Shown here in pieces: positions 12,240-26,402 of a stretch of 64,000 bases of DNA. The notes below the pieces were generated by a model. That model was not told where the DNA came from, made no database searches, and worked only from the letters and a program-made list of their open reading frames with translations. Source of the stretch: Antedon mediterranea (Eukaryota; Animalia; Echinodermata); contig NC_092676.1 of NCBI RefSeq assembly GCF_964355755.1, positions 9,463,888 through 9,527,887 of the forward strand, given 5' to 3'. Every line of letters starts with the position of its first letter. The stretch's first letter is position 1. Made by a program: the position numbers and the translations under genes.

Positions 12240-13907
12240 TAGTAGAGTAGAACTAATGAAAAAAGGGGCCAAACTAAAAAAAAATTGCAATAAAAGGTTT
12301 TTCAACGGATTTTGGTAGTATTGGGTGTACTAAATAACAGAAAAAAAGTCTCAAGAATTTCGACCACCGGAAAGTGTTTTTTTTCAAGATGGCCGCCAAA
12401 ATAGATAAAAAGTTAAAATGTCCATACCTCCTAAATTACTTGGTCTATTGATATGATTTTGGTACCAAAATATTTTTGGAATATGACATGTGTGCCGATA
12501 TTTTCACTCAACCGCATCAGAAACTTTAAACTATCGAGGAGTTTGGACTGAAGGACATGTCTATTCTTTTTGGAGCCAAGTCACTGGATTCCCTGAATAG
12601 CTACAGATGAAAGCTGTTTAATAAAAAAGTTGTTCACGGTAAATAATTTATCAAACCTAGCCTCAACAACTCAACTCATCTGCTACAGAATGTCACAGTC
12701 AAATCATGCAATGGCTATAGAAAGATAATACCATGGATGCTACCAAGTGGGGATGGAAAGTTTGTAATAAAACATTTGTGCCAATAATGACGATGGAAAC
12801 TGCTGCTCCAGAAGAACTTTGAAAATCATCCGTTGTAACTACTGGATATATGTTGCAGTTGTAGACGCTATGGATTGGCATGTACTTCAGTTTGTGGAGT
12901 GTGTCAACTAGAAGAATGGGACAACGTAGATAGAAAGATTGATGACGATGATGAAGACGAAGTTGGAACAGTTGTTTAAGATGCCGTACTAAATACATGC
13001 ACAATATCTAATCAATTGCTGTTATACCGTAATTAGAAATTTTAAAAGTTATTATTATATTTGTTTTACTTTTCGGTTTTTTATTTACTATTATTATTAA
13101 GATTGTATACAGTATGTTCTGAACAATTTGAACTTGAACTCATATTCTGAAAGTCTTTATAAATATTACAGTTATTTGATTCCCAGGAAAGCTCTCTATT
13201 TCATAAGTAGACCATTATACGAAATAAAAATAATTATATTCTGAACAAATTGAGCCATAAATGGTGTATCTCAGTCAGTCATTATCGAAATATAGCATAT
13301 CAAGGTCAATGGTCAAACATGTCGTTTCTGGTCATTTTTTGTCAATGTATCATTAGAGTAAATATAAATAAGTATATTCTCGGTATTTAGAGCCCAATTT
13401 TAAATCTCTAGCACACATAGTTGCCGAGATATGGAAATTCTACATAGATAAATTTAAAGGTCAATAGCCTTTACTTCCAACCATTTTTTGACAAACTGTC
13501 TCATTACAATAAATGTAAATATGTACATTCTGAACAATTTGGGCCATCATTTGTTTCCCTACGGTCAGTTGTTACCAAGATATAACTTATCAAGGTCAAA
13601 GGTCAAATTGTCAGAAATGGTATTTCCAGTCATTTTTGGCCAAAATGTTCTATTATAGCGAATATAAATATGTATGTTCTGAGTATATTGGTACCAAAAT
13701 TATATCAATAGACCAAGTAGTTTAGGAGGTATGGACATTTTAACTTTTTATCTATTTTGGCGGCCATCTTGAAAAAAAAAACACTTTCCGGTGGTCGAAA
13801 TTCTTGAGACTTTTTTTCTGTTATTTAGTACACCTAATACTACCAAAATCCGTTGAAAAACCTTTTGTTGCAATTTTTTGAGGTGAAACCTTATTTCTAC
13901 TCTACTA
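12240..13907 (+). mobile_element. Academ-type DNA transposon, internally deleted
   Basis: Termini TAGTAGAGTAGAA...TTCTACTCTACTA, 3-bp TSD TTC, and subterminal inverted repeats of about 190 bp (12282-12470 vs 13686-13879). The interior has a degraded transposase C-terminus: QIMQW...KWGWK...VPIMT..AAPEEL(L)KIIRCN...CSCRRYGLACTSVCGVC plus an acidic tail. Confidence 0.75.
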
Positions 13908-13985
13908 TTCTAGTAAGTTGGGTCTACGTCACTCGAAGATAGACGAAGTACTGATGTAGTGTAGAGTTGACATGATTGAAACTAA

Positions 13986-14118
13986 AGCTTTGTATACACT
14001 ATCAAACTTTATGTGACAAAAAAAATGTGATGTGCCCATATATGGACATGATGATGTCATATCACTACCATATTTGGACATATCACTACAATACTAGTTT
14101 GATATTGTAGACAGAGTT
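13986..14118. mobile_element. PIF/Harbinger-like MITE (copy at 28149-28281)
   Basis: TIR AGCT(C/T)TGT(C/A)TACAC...GTAGACAGAG with TAA/TTA flanks and the internal GGACATGATGATGTCATATCACTACCATATTTGG motif. Confidence 0.65.
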
Positions 14119-14596
14119 TTAAATGTCATGGTCTCTAAATGTTTTTTTTTTTCTGATTGTTTTACTTTCCAAAATTCTCCCGGGAATTTTGTAAGAGTTA
14201 CAAGTTGTGGGAATCTCGGTTAAATATCTTTAATAGAGTTCTTGCTTTGATATACGTATCATCACATGGAATTCGTTACCTTACCACATTGTTTGAAGCC
14301 CAACGCATCACATATAAAAAATATGAGAGAGCATATACGAGTAATACACTTTGCCTCCTTATTTCACTTAAAGGTAATATTAAATAGGCATACATTATAA
14401 AACAGGGCTAATTATGTCACATGCGTTTGTAGGTCTAAAAACATGCAACCGCAACAGCTTATTGGAGGGAAGGGGAAACCGTGATTAATCAGTTTGTCGT
14501 TTGTCAGACTATCTATGAGTCATGCAACTAGATAGTGAAATCAATTAGGATTTCCTTTAGCAAAAATACTAATTATATTTTACAGCAATAGAGTAA

Positions 14597-14605
14597 TATA
14601 AAAAG
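14597..14605 (+). promoter_or_regulatory. Candidate TATA box for tetraspanin A (copy at 28760-28768)
   Basis: TATAAAAAG-like motif about 115 bp upstream of the ATG, with TGAGTCA (AP-1-like) about 80 bp further upstream. This is weak evidence in AT-rich DNA. Confidence 0.25.
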
Positions 14606-14715
14606 CTGGGACAACAAATGGTGTTTTATAGTCTGCCGTGGTAATGCTTCTGCGTCTCATCCACGACAAGTGTGTACGTACTGAAAAATAGGCCTAACGT
14701 AATATTGGAAAAAAG

Positions 14716-17700
14716 ATGGAAATTAAAGATAAAGCTTCAAGCAACACACCAGCCGTCAATACGGTAAAGGTTCGATCGTGTGCGGCAGACACATGTAAAG
14801 GATTTCTGTATGTGTTTAACTTTTTATTTGGGGTGAGTACAATAATTAGGTCTAGAGCATGGATAATTAAACATAGTAAAGAGAGGACATCATATCACCT
14901 TCTCGCGAATCGAGGGTGGTAATGCTACACAATCAGCCTCAATTCAAAGAGGAAATGAACATAAAAGAGGCAATGTTTTCAACTCTTATCTCCATTCTCA
15001 GACGCCTCAACAGTAGGTCTAAAACCTATATTCAAAAGAATTTCAAGGGGGAATGTAACAGTTATGGCCAACCTATTTTAAATGGGACACTTAGTTGGGT
15101 CACCAAAATGTCCCCTAAATGAATAGATTCTACAGTAGGCCCAGTCCAATCCGATAAGTGAACGTTTTAAAATGTTCTATAACACTAAAACAATACATTT
15201 TAATTTCTAAGCTTTCAGGCATAGGCGCTGTGATAATTGCTGCTAGGGTGTTACGTCATACACTCAGTCTAGATCTTGCCCTTATCATAGATACTCAATT
15301 GTATAGACTTGGAGCAGTCATCATTGTTCTTGCTGGCTGCACAGTCACTGCCACTGCTTTCATTGGAAGTTTAGGGGTCAAAGAAGAAAACAAATGCTTC
15401 ATTATTGCCGTAAGTTCACACGTGCTTAACTAAAATATCAAAAGTGGCTCGGTGAGGTTGGGTATCACGCACCGCAAAACAACTTGATTTATTTTGGATA
15501 AGATACACATATGCATATTATATGCTTTAGGCCCGAGAGGAATGGTGAATTTAACCAGAACCGCTTTCAAACAGTGTGTGTTGCGCATTGATAACGACGT
15601 TTAGGTTATGCTATACATTAACATCATACATTCATATTATTGTATATTCAATTCAATTCTATAAACTTTATTGTCAAATTCATGAAACTTGTATAACACT
15701 TTTATTAACTGTTGCACTACACTAACCACACCATAACCTAACCTCAAAAGAATATTCAATTTAAAGTAAGTCTAGTAATTCCTAATACCACTGAACCAAA
15801 CAGAAAACCGACAACTTATTTATCTATGTCAGGTCCAAGTGTTCCCAATATGTCCTAATTTATGCCATGAGAACATTTGTCTTTACGTATTTTTTTTACA
15901 GTACATCGTAATGTTAATTGTGGTCTTCGGCATGGTGTTTATAGCTGGTGTATTTTCAATTGCAATTTACACACGGGTAAGTTTGTCTTACTTCAGTTTA
16001 CAGGCCTAACATTGTAAATAACTATAGAGCAACGTACCAGAAACCACACTAAAAAAAGAATGTAAATGTCTACATTTACAGTTAAAACAACTACAGGATA
16101 TTACAAATGGTTAAAAATCAAAATCAAATCAATATTCATTTGCTTAACCTCCAAACAAGTACATAGCAATGGGAATTAATAAAAGAATAAGAAGTTATCT
16201 CCATAAAAATGGTTCTTCAATCTTCGATTAAATGATAAAGTTCAGGACAAAACAATCAATAAAATAATATCCTGATTATGATCAATATCGTATCTCTTAA
16301 AGATTGCTTCTCAAGATTTCAAACTTCATATTAATTTGTTATCTGAGTAAACTATTGTGCATTGTTTTATATAGATCTGGCATTAAATCATGACCACCAA
16401 AAAACAATCTATATATAACTAGTCTTTTCATAATGTATAATTCTTAGATTCTGTAATTTTAATTTTGAATTTTAATCATTTTTAATCGTTTTAATAGTAT
16501 TTTAAGATTGATCCATGGCGTTTTTGCACAATTTGATTTTTCAATATTATTTTATATTGGCCTATGTATTGTAATATTGCATTATATCATTTTTTTTTTC
16601 AAATTTGATATATATTATTTTTTTATTCATTGAGTGTCCTTATTGCCAAGCAAAATTAGTTTCCAATTGAATTCGACCAATAACATTTCTTGAATGTTGA
16701 ATCTTAAATGTCTAGTCGATTCTTTTCAATGTCGATTCTGCAACTGGTGTCACAACGTTAACTACTTAATTGCATCTTTATAAACATTTTTTTTTAAACG
16801 TGCACACATTTGTTTATACTCTACTCTATACTTGTAACATTCTTTTTCTCTCCTAATAGTAGGCCTATAGGCGTGTTGTGGTGCTTATTTAAGGCAAATC
16901 CTTCAAATTGTGATAACATTCTAAAAGGGTTGCCCACAATTTGGTCAGGTGAAAGCGGCCATTTTGGGTTTCAAAATGACCGAAAACAATCCACACTAAA
17001 CATGGTCACCCATGGTCATTGGAAAGATAAATTAATACTCATCATTTTATTCCATTATACCCATTTACAAAAAGTCATAGTTACACAGTTATTTAGCAAT
17101 AAAAAAAAGTCACGTGACCAATACAAGTCCTAAGGTAAACAACTAATTTGACCAAATACCATACTGTTTGATATCGTTGGATAGCTTTAAAAAAAAGTCT
17201 GAATACAGTTTTAACAATATCTGTCCAACTTCATTTGTCATTTGTCATAATTGTTAAATTAAATTATAAATGCATTATAGGTCATAAGTAGGTTTATAAA
17301 AAATGTTTTATTCTTTAGGAAACTTTTAAAATACTTACCGTAAATCGTCTAATATAGAAACCCACACTCTAATAGTAACCCCCCCCCCCCTCCCCTTCTA
17401 ATAGTAACCCACCTTATAAGTTAATCTATAATAATAACCCACTACTCTAATAGTAACCCACTATTAGAGTAAAAAAAAACTTATGATGCAGACGTATTTT
17501 GAAAATAATGAGATAATTCATGTTGATCTCGCTCGGCGGGAGTGGGGAAGGATTGAGTATTTTTGAGTTTATAATATAAAGTTACAGTTCAACCAAATTT
17601 GTTTATTCGTACTGTTTTATTATTTTGCTATGAGTTGCTGACCGGAAAAGTTTGGGGTGGGTTACTATTTTCAGGTGCCTTATTCAAGATTAGTAATAGT

Positions 17701-20700
17701 AACCCACTAATCTAATAGTAAACCCTTCTAATAGTAATCCACCCTAAAAACAATCAAAGAATAATAACCCAGCGTTACAATTAGAAGATTTACGGTATTA
17801 GACCACTCACAGCTTAATAATCATAGGGTGTTATTGGAAAAAGAGTACAGTATGAACATACCATAACAGTCCACTGCTTTACCTTACAGGAATTTTATTG
17901 TTATTATTTTCCATCAAAATATGAAAATATGATACAGAAATGTAAAATCACTATTGTATCATTGCAGCAAATTAAATTCTGAATCTGTTTCAACATTGTA
18001 CATTAGCCGTAACATTTTCCTTTTTAAAAAATAATATACCATAAAATCGCGACAAAGAAGCCTCCTATAATTAAATTTGAAAAGAAGCACATCTCAAATG
18101 GAAGCCCCCTTTGAAATCAAGCCCACTGAGTTTCTTCAAGATAGTATGGGCTTCTTATCAAAGGGGCATTTTGATCAATACTTAAAACATTTGGTATCTC
18201 GAAGCCAACCGGAAGAAGAAGCGCATTGATTTCTTTAAAGAGGTTTAACGGTATGGCATAAATGTACTGTTCAAAATCATGTGTATTATGCTTAAGTTTG
18301 TCAAACTGGGTACAAAAATGTCTATTAAAAATCTTAATGTGAATTTTGGTCTAATTACGAATTACTGACACGCATTTGCTTTTTGATTTCGAAACTACAA
18401 AATACTGTGCAAAATATTCAGGATGACCTAATAATCCTTCCATAGATGAAAGTTGCCATTGGCCTTAAGTCATATTTTATTAGACCTACAGTAAACTTTG
18501 AACAATTTTTAAAGGGTTCCCAACAAAATCAATTTTTATCGAATTAACCCAAAATCATATTGCCATAGAGATCAGTTTTTAGTCACTTTACCATTCTCTA
18601 TCTGTTGACATAAAAAAAAGAAAAGGTGAAGAAGGTTTTTACCGTCTAACATCTCTTTATTATTTTGATTTTAGTTATTACAATACAAATTATGTGATAG
18701 TAGAATAATTAATCAAACTATACACTTGTCACAGATGTTGGTGCATTAATATCTAAAACTTTAAATTTTGGAACGTGAAACATGTCAAACTAAACTCTGA
18801 AGTAAAAACATGTGAACAACAATTTAAAATTATAATTTAATTTGATTGATTCACGTTATGTGTATCAATAACAACAATAATAATAGCCACAATCAAAGGC
18901 AGAAACCATGTTAGAAACAACATAGTCACCAAACATGAATACGTAAAGATGCGGTAAGCAAAAATATATCAAGCGGGTAAATGCACAACGAAAACCGGGT
19001 AAATGCTGATATCACTGTTATATCCATAACAAGTTACAACCAGTTGAATGAAGTGTCAAATCAATCTACTGTGTAACTATGACTTTTTGTATATAGGTAC
19101 CATGTAATGGAATAAAATGATAGGTGATTCTCTTTCCAATGACACCATGGATGCCTATGTTTGGGCAATCCTTCCATTCTATATTTTTGATACATCAATT
19201 AATAACTGTGCCAAGTTTCAGAATGCTATCATAATTTGCGGGATTGGTTCCTTTAAAAATTCTCTATAACACTCTTTAGACATAAATGTTTTTGTTTTCA
19301 TTAGTCGGAAAATGAGTTAGAGTTTCAGATGTTGAATACACTGAAGAGAGAATTTGGGCCCGGAGGAAACGAGGATGCACAGGATCCAATTACAGCTGCC
19401 TGGAACAATCTTCAAGATACAGTAAGCATGTTGGAAAATATATTGAACTAGTAGTTGTTAACAGTGATATCTCTAACATGTTAAATCTTGCCAGTAGGCC
19501 GATACATACACTACGATTTAAGTGTTTCTTTTCTACTTCTGATGCCGTTCCGTGATTTCAGTAGAAGTAATATGAAATACAGACTTTAATAAGAGCAACA
19601 ATAGCCTGCAAAGAGATGCATCACAAACACTGATCCAAGAGTATACGCATATTTTCACTCCCATTAACATTCTTAGTATCCCAATCGAGGAAAACCAGAA
19701 GGCAGATCATTAATAAAGCCTACACTATAATAGATTTTTTCCCTTTTTTTTTTGTTTTCTTATTATTATTATTATTTACATCTACTTGTTAAGTAAACTT
19801 TCAATATTATAGCAAATGAAATATAAAGGAAATTCTTTCTCATCTTCGTAGCATAACTGTTGTGGCGTTAAAACAAACAGTACTAACGGTATTATATTCC
19901 GTTCTTCAAATTGGTATCGAGAACAGCCGATTGTTAAACGAGTTAAGGTTCCAGCAACGTGCTGTATGAAGAACGATGACGCAATAGTGGATCTGAAAAG
20001 TTGTCAGGGTAATTTTGGTGGATTTGAACATGTTTATTTCAATGTAAGAATATGCTTTTTACAAAATATGTATCAAACTTTTGCTATTCTCAAAATTGCC
20101 TAAAACGACTTGAGTAATTTCTGTGCATTATAATGTTTGTTATTTCACGAAAGTTTTTGCTGCAAAAATTTGACAATGTGGTTTTCATAAGTATATAATT
20201 TCATAGGCAAACACTGTATATTATATACATTTACATACATTGCACACACATAAATGTCCAAAAACAATAATTATAAATATTTTGTATTTGCAAGTTTGTA
20301 ATTAATAAATTAATACACTTAAATAATGATTTCGCTTATAAAATAATAAATAAAATAATATAATATAATTTTCTGTTTCTTCACATGCTTTTATTACCCC
20401 AATCTGAAGTTTATAATCTATTAAAACACTATTTTGTTGTAGGGCTGTTATGATCCGGCCTTACGGCAGATTTCATTTTTTTGTTCGCTAGTTTCTGGAT
20501 CTGTCGTTGGAATTACTGGTATGCAGGTAAGAATTAAAATATTATACGTAAAAACTTACACATATTACTTTTGTAATATAGGATTTATTTCGCATAAATT
20601 TGCTATTCCACACATGTTAGACGTACAGTTTCATTTCGTATCTAGCGACAATAAGCAGCCTGCAGTTTTTAGATGACTTGCGACATCCAGTTACAATCTG

Positions 20701-21021
20701 TCTAAGTGAGAGATGCAGAAGTGTTCTTAGAGTCTCTTGACACTATAAATAGCTACGGTTGTGTTTTTCGCCAGCAGATACGATACCGCATACTGTTTAT
20801 TGTCACTATACACGATACCGCCAAACGAGAATTAATTTTGATGATTTTAATCCTATAAAAAGTACAAGAAATATTGGAATTATCACAAATATTACAATTA
20901 CATTTACAATAGTATCCGGTGATTTATTAAACGTGTTTAGTACAGATAATTATATTATGCTCCTTTTATATTTCAGTTATTTGCTCTTTTATTTTCGTTC
21001 TTCGTTATGCGTCAAATGTAA
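14716..21021 (+). CDS. Tetraspanin A, copy 2, complete, about 275 aa. Exons 14716-14832, 15212-15409, 15902-15976, 19305-19421, 19852-20043, 20443-20526, 20977-21021
   Basis: Starts MEIKDK...CKGFLYVFNFLFG (typical tetraspanin TM1), TM2 with FIGSLGVKEENKC, CCG/PxxCC/GC loop cysteines, four TM helices. All introns are GT-AG and phase 0, and the spliced frame is open. Confidence 0.92.
17338..17795. mobile_element. Same pogo-like MITE, copy 2
   Basis: TA|CCGTAAATCGTCTAAT...ATTAGAAGATTTACGG|TA. Confidence 0.7.
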
Positions 21022-21413
21022 AGGGTCGTATTTGTTATGAACAATAATAACTTTAAATACATCAAATGGAGTAATGACAGAACCTAACATAGACCTAACA
21101 GTAAGTAGGAGGAAAACTATTATGAACGATTGTTCAGATTGGAGTTCAAACATATTTAATTTGTGGCAAAAGATGGAGTATTATTACTATAAGAGAACAT
21201 CTGAATGGGTTTGAATCATAGGTAGCCTTGTGCCAATATTGACATGTCAAATCACCTCCACTTCACACACACTTCAATGCAGCTTGATGATACCAATGCA
21301 AGACAGTACTTTTAAAAAATACACTGCAGGCTTTATCATCAAAAATACTGTTGTATTCTGTTAAGCTCTGTCTACACCATCAAACTTTATTTGACAAAAA
21401 ACGTAGACAAAGT

Positions 21414-21755
21414 GTAGACGGCCAAAGCTACCAATTGTGTGGTTCCAAATCAAAGATGGTTTTGCAATTACAAGGTGAGATCAAACTCCTGTTTCATAGC
21501 GATTGATCAAACACTGCTAAAGGATACAAGGCATCTTACAAAATCCTCAGAAGACGCAAGAAGAGATCCGACTTGGAAACAACACTGAAGGAACTGGGCG
21601 ACGGCGTCGCTAAAATTCAGATGAAACCAGAAGAAGCGTTGAATGGAATAGAAGCAGATAACGTTAAGTTACCACCAGAAGCTGATACGAATGACAGGTT
21701 TGGAGATGAGGTTGTCACCATCCAGATGAAGCCTGAGGAAGCTGTACAAGCTTAG
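21414..21755 (+). pseudogene. Second copy of the truncated CUB-domain exon fragment
   Basis: Same as 7251-7592 at offset +14163. Confidence 0.6.
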
Positions 21756-23168
21756 TTGCTGCAGTTGTCAATGGACAATTTCTTGAATTCTACACTATAT
21801 CGCTATATTGTCAAGTTTATTTATTCTAAGAAATACAACCGCTTTGTTTAGAAATGATAATCCCTATCCCTGATGGTTGACTTTAATGTTCAAATTTCTC
21901 GTTCGTTTCAAGAGACGCTGTCCCTTTAATTGAGTGTTTCTTTAATAGGGGCTTTGAATATAGGGGTGTCCCCTGAATATAGCAGTGTCTAAAGGAAGAG
22001 TTCGGTTCAGTTTTAATTGGTTAATAAAGTAAATCAAAAGTTTGTGAACTTTTAATGCTTTTGTTTTCACATCTACTCTATGCTACTCCAACCACAAACA
22101 TTCGTCAATAGAGTACATAATTCAAATGTATTTATTTTCAGTACATTAATGTAAAACACACATAAATAAAATAAATAAATGTATCAATACTTAGTTTAAC
22201 AAATATACATGTGAACGTATACCCTAAATGTGAAATAATGTTTAGTTTGTAAGAAACCAACACTACTATTAATTTATGAATATAAATTATTATCTAAATT
22301 ATTATTAAATAATGTTAAACAAATTTAAAAAATAAATATAATCACTTATTGTGCCAATTGTAATTTATGTAAAACATGTAGTTGAATTATTTTGTAAAGT
22401 ATTTAAGTTATATTAAACATATTTTCAGTATGCACTGTATACAAACTATGAAAAAAAAATTGCACCATGTATTAATATAACACTAAACTATATTTATTAA
22501 TTTCTTTTGATTTAGTATTTTTGCGACCTAAACAATCATGGGTCATATAACTTAGCTTAAAGAAACAATAAATACGTAATGTACAGTAGTACTGTCATTT
22601 CAAAGTGTGTATATCTGTGGCTGTTGACATGTAAAAAAAATATTTCATTCGATCATCAAAATCGGTGGGACAGTAGAAATAAACGAAGAAAGTTGTAGGC
22701 CTAAATCCATACAAAAATAATAAGAAAAACGCGCAGAAATTTTAGATGTCTCCTACGGTAATTAAACTACGGACGTGTCACGAATGTTCGCTTTTCATGT
22801 TTTTTCCGGTGATTACAACAGTAAAACTACAACCACATTGAATGTCATTTGACAGGAAAATAAGGTAGAAAATTCACACAACTTCGGACAAATGGTAAAA
22901 GAATGATGATGTTAGTAAATGTGTGATGTTATAGAAAATTGTAAAGTATTCACCTTATTTCTCTTGCTAAGTATTGGATCAACTTTAATTGATGGCTACC
23001 TGTATATCAGCCTGTAATGTAAAATGAATAACTTCATATTTTGTATTTCTGTTGTAAAATCCTCTTCATTCATTCTGCAACATTGAGGATACAAAATTTA
23101 TAATAAAACAAACAGCACCCAAATGTTTTTTTTTAACAATGGTGGATGATGGATGTTGGTGGTGTGTT

Positions 23169-24114
23169 ATATTATACAGATATTGACTGCTTAGAGGTTA
23201 AATATAAGATTTGACATCCCCGAGGGAATGATATTAAGTTCGAGGGAATATATATTTCCCGAAGCGCCAGCTGAGGGAAATATATATTCCCCGAGAACTT
23301 AATATCATTCCCGAGGGGATGTCAAATCTTATATTTAACCGATATAAAAGGCAATATCTGTTATATTATATAGCCAAGAACAAGTCTGCTGGGTTGGGTG
23401 AAGCTAGGCTAGGCCTCCTATAGTATTTGTATTGTATTTAAACAAGCCTGCCTAGACACCTTACCTTGCGAAGAATAATATACAGATAATTACTAATTAA
23501 TGATTCCTTGGCAATAAAATATTCACTTAGGCCTAGGTCGTTTAAATTAACAGGAGAATTTCCATCAATAAGCCTATTAATAATAATATTATAATCAGGT
23601 AGGACGAATAAACAATTCGTCTTCTTCTCAATCTTCGAGGAGCCGAATCACCGGATGTTCAGCGCGTACTAGTTACTAGGTTACTACCGTGAGTATTGAC
23701 CAATCACAAACTGTGTTTCATCATATTTAGGGTGGACTAATACCAAATGAGGGCGCTATGTATGCGTAGCTTAAATAGTTTAGAAGATTAATTACTTCAA
23801 GCAAGTTTCGTGGCGCAGCGGTTGAAACGTTGTCTTGTGATGGAGTGACAATTGCATCGCAAGTTCAAGATCAGTAGATGGCTTTTGTTTATTTATCGGC
23901 AAACGCGAGTGTTGCACACAAAAATTACACAGTCAATATCATCGTACTCGAGAATTTATATGATTAATGACAGGGGACACGATTATTACGCGAAAATTAC
24001 ACAGTCAATATCATCGTTCTCGAGGATATATACGATTTACGATCCTCGCAGCGGTAGTCATGTGATGCAGTTTCAACCAATCACGTTCGCGTATTTACAT
24101 AGGCTATGTAATAT
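23169..24114. mobile_element. Copy 2 of the palindromic non-autonomous element
   Basis: Same as 9006-9951 at offset +14163. Confidence 0.5.
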
Positions 24115-24199
24115 AAAATAATATTACTGTACAGTATAATTATAATTATATTAGTCAATAAGTTATCATAAAACATGAGGTATTTAGCTGTTCAACTAA

Positions 24200-26029
24200 C
24201 CAATTTGAAGTTTTTCTAAGCACCTATCTAGCCATAGTATACTGCTTGCAAGCTATCATTCTGATAGTGGTTGTTTGTATTCTGGAGGAAATCTCTGAGC
24301 TGTGCATACCGTTGACGTATATCAAAGCCAAGGCTTTTGTGAAGCTTGCGTAGACAAACTGGGCAAAGAAAGAGAGGTTGGTGGAGCGCTTTCTTCACTG
24401 ACTTACTCTCATTCATGGAACATTCGAAGAATAAACAGTGATTCAATCCAAGAAGGTGACATGTTTCATGGCTTGCAACCTGAAGAAAAAAAACATATTT
24501 AAGGTCTCCTCATGCATGCATTATTATGCAAATTAGAAAGGGTTTACACATGTTTAATACTTAGTAGTGAGAATAAATCATGAGTTGAAGATTGACTGTT
24601 CTATTTAAAAATGCGGAGTAGAGCTTAAATTTTAAAAATATGAACATTATATCATTACATAGTTTTAACACTACTTTTTAAAACTTTTATTCAATTAATC
24701 CGCACCTTCCACACTGAATCAATGCCGAACTCTAGGATGTTGGCCAGGCCATTTAAAAGGTATAGCTTTGATATTTAAATTATTCTTAAAATGTTTACAC
24801 AAATTTAAAAGTTCATAGTAGTAGGGCCCTACTGTAGGCTACAGACTCAGTTCAATATCACCATTAAATATCACTTGTTTTTATTCTTAGGCCTACAAAC
24901 AACTAATTAATACTGAACAAAATGTCATAAAAAACTGTAATTAATCAATCAAATGGAAAGGATACAGTAAATTATAACAGCAATTATGGTTTTTTTAGTC
25001 AAATTACTGTAACAGGCAATCAATCAGAAATTTGAATGTGAAACATCTATACAGTTAGATTTATATTGAATATTTTTCTATAATAATGTACAGTATTATT
25101 ATTAATATTTTGTTTATAAATTTTCTGTGGAATTTTTCAATGTACTCTACATAGAGTATATGTAGCAACATAAATAAAAACAAAAGTTTTTTAAGCCAAG
25201 CGATACCGGTAAATATACTACTTTACCCGTATAAGTTTCCATAAAAGTTGACCATCCAATGCTAACTTGTTTTCATCCGTAATTGCTTTATTGGCATTGT
25301 CACCATCTGGTGTGCTTACGTATGACTTAGGCTCATACCTGCCAAACCCAAACACTGCACATCTACAGCTGTACGAGGCCTCCTCGAGCACAAAATTCAA
25401 CTCTTCTGTTGGATACAGATCAGTCCAGGTCAGGGCTAGAATATAATTTGATCTTGGGATGTTAAATGATGAATGAAGACTGGAGTACAAATCAGAAACC
25501 AGAATCTGTTTTTTGACTGTAACATCTTGTTTTAAACTTTACTTGTGATAAATTATAGATAGTTAGTGGCAAAATTAACATTCATCTCAGAAAAAAATAT
25601 TTTTAAAAAGTCACACAGCCATTGCAATAACTGTTTATCTCCTATTTTAAACTCCTTCACTGATTCTGGCAACATTTCTATGGGTAAAAACATTACAGTA
25701 ATTTAAAGTTTTAGGAAATTTCCATTTTCGAATTAAGCCTAAACCAGACACTACGCCTTTCCACATTGGATATGTCTGCCTACCAACAACAGGAACACAA
25801 CGTGGCATAAACAGCACATCATTTTTATCACTAGTCTTTCCTATCTTATCCCCAGTACCTAGGCCCAATTCCGGCGAATGGTCTGGCGGAAGCTGCCCTG
25901 GTCACAAACAACAGGCCGATAGCATAAAATAGGCTTGCAAACTTGGATCAATGTTTTTCAGTTTTCCTACCAAATATCGTGCATTCTTTTTATCTGATGA
26001 CTTGCTTACTGTTTTAAATTAAAACTCAT
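24200..26029 (-). pseudogene. Archaemetzincin pseudogene, copy 2
   Basis: Same as 10037-11866 at offset +14163, with the same lesions. Confidence 0.82.
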
Positions 26030-26402
26030 AATAAGTTTCTATAGCAACACAATTGGAAATTATGAATAAAGGCCCAAGGGGTCAATACGTGAAGCGTAAA
26101 TCATCAACCAGAACTTTTAATGTTCGCGGCCATCTTCAAAATACGTTGCCAGATCAATTATTCAGTTTGCGCCCAATATATTAAAATGTTTCTTTATTAA
26201 AATAATCAACATGCTTTGTTATCGGTGTTATATGTATGAAACCCCGGGGTATGAACATAAATAGGTATGAATAATATCTAATAATACTATTCAATCAAAT
26301 CAAAATGTACTAAAAACGAATTAATTACTAATGTAAACTGTACTAATTAATTAATATTAGATCTTTCTGCACAGGAACGGCTTTTTATGCGAGATCCCTT
26401 TC

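Noticed and set aside
12699-13004. 101-aa minus-strand ORF (also 26862)
   Set aside because: It is the antisense shadow of the Academ transposase remnant.
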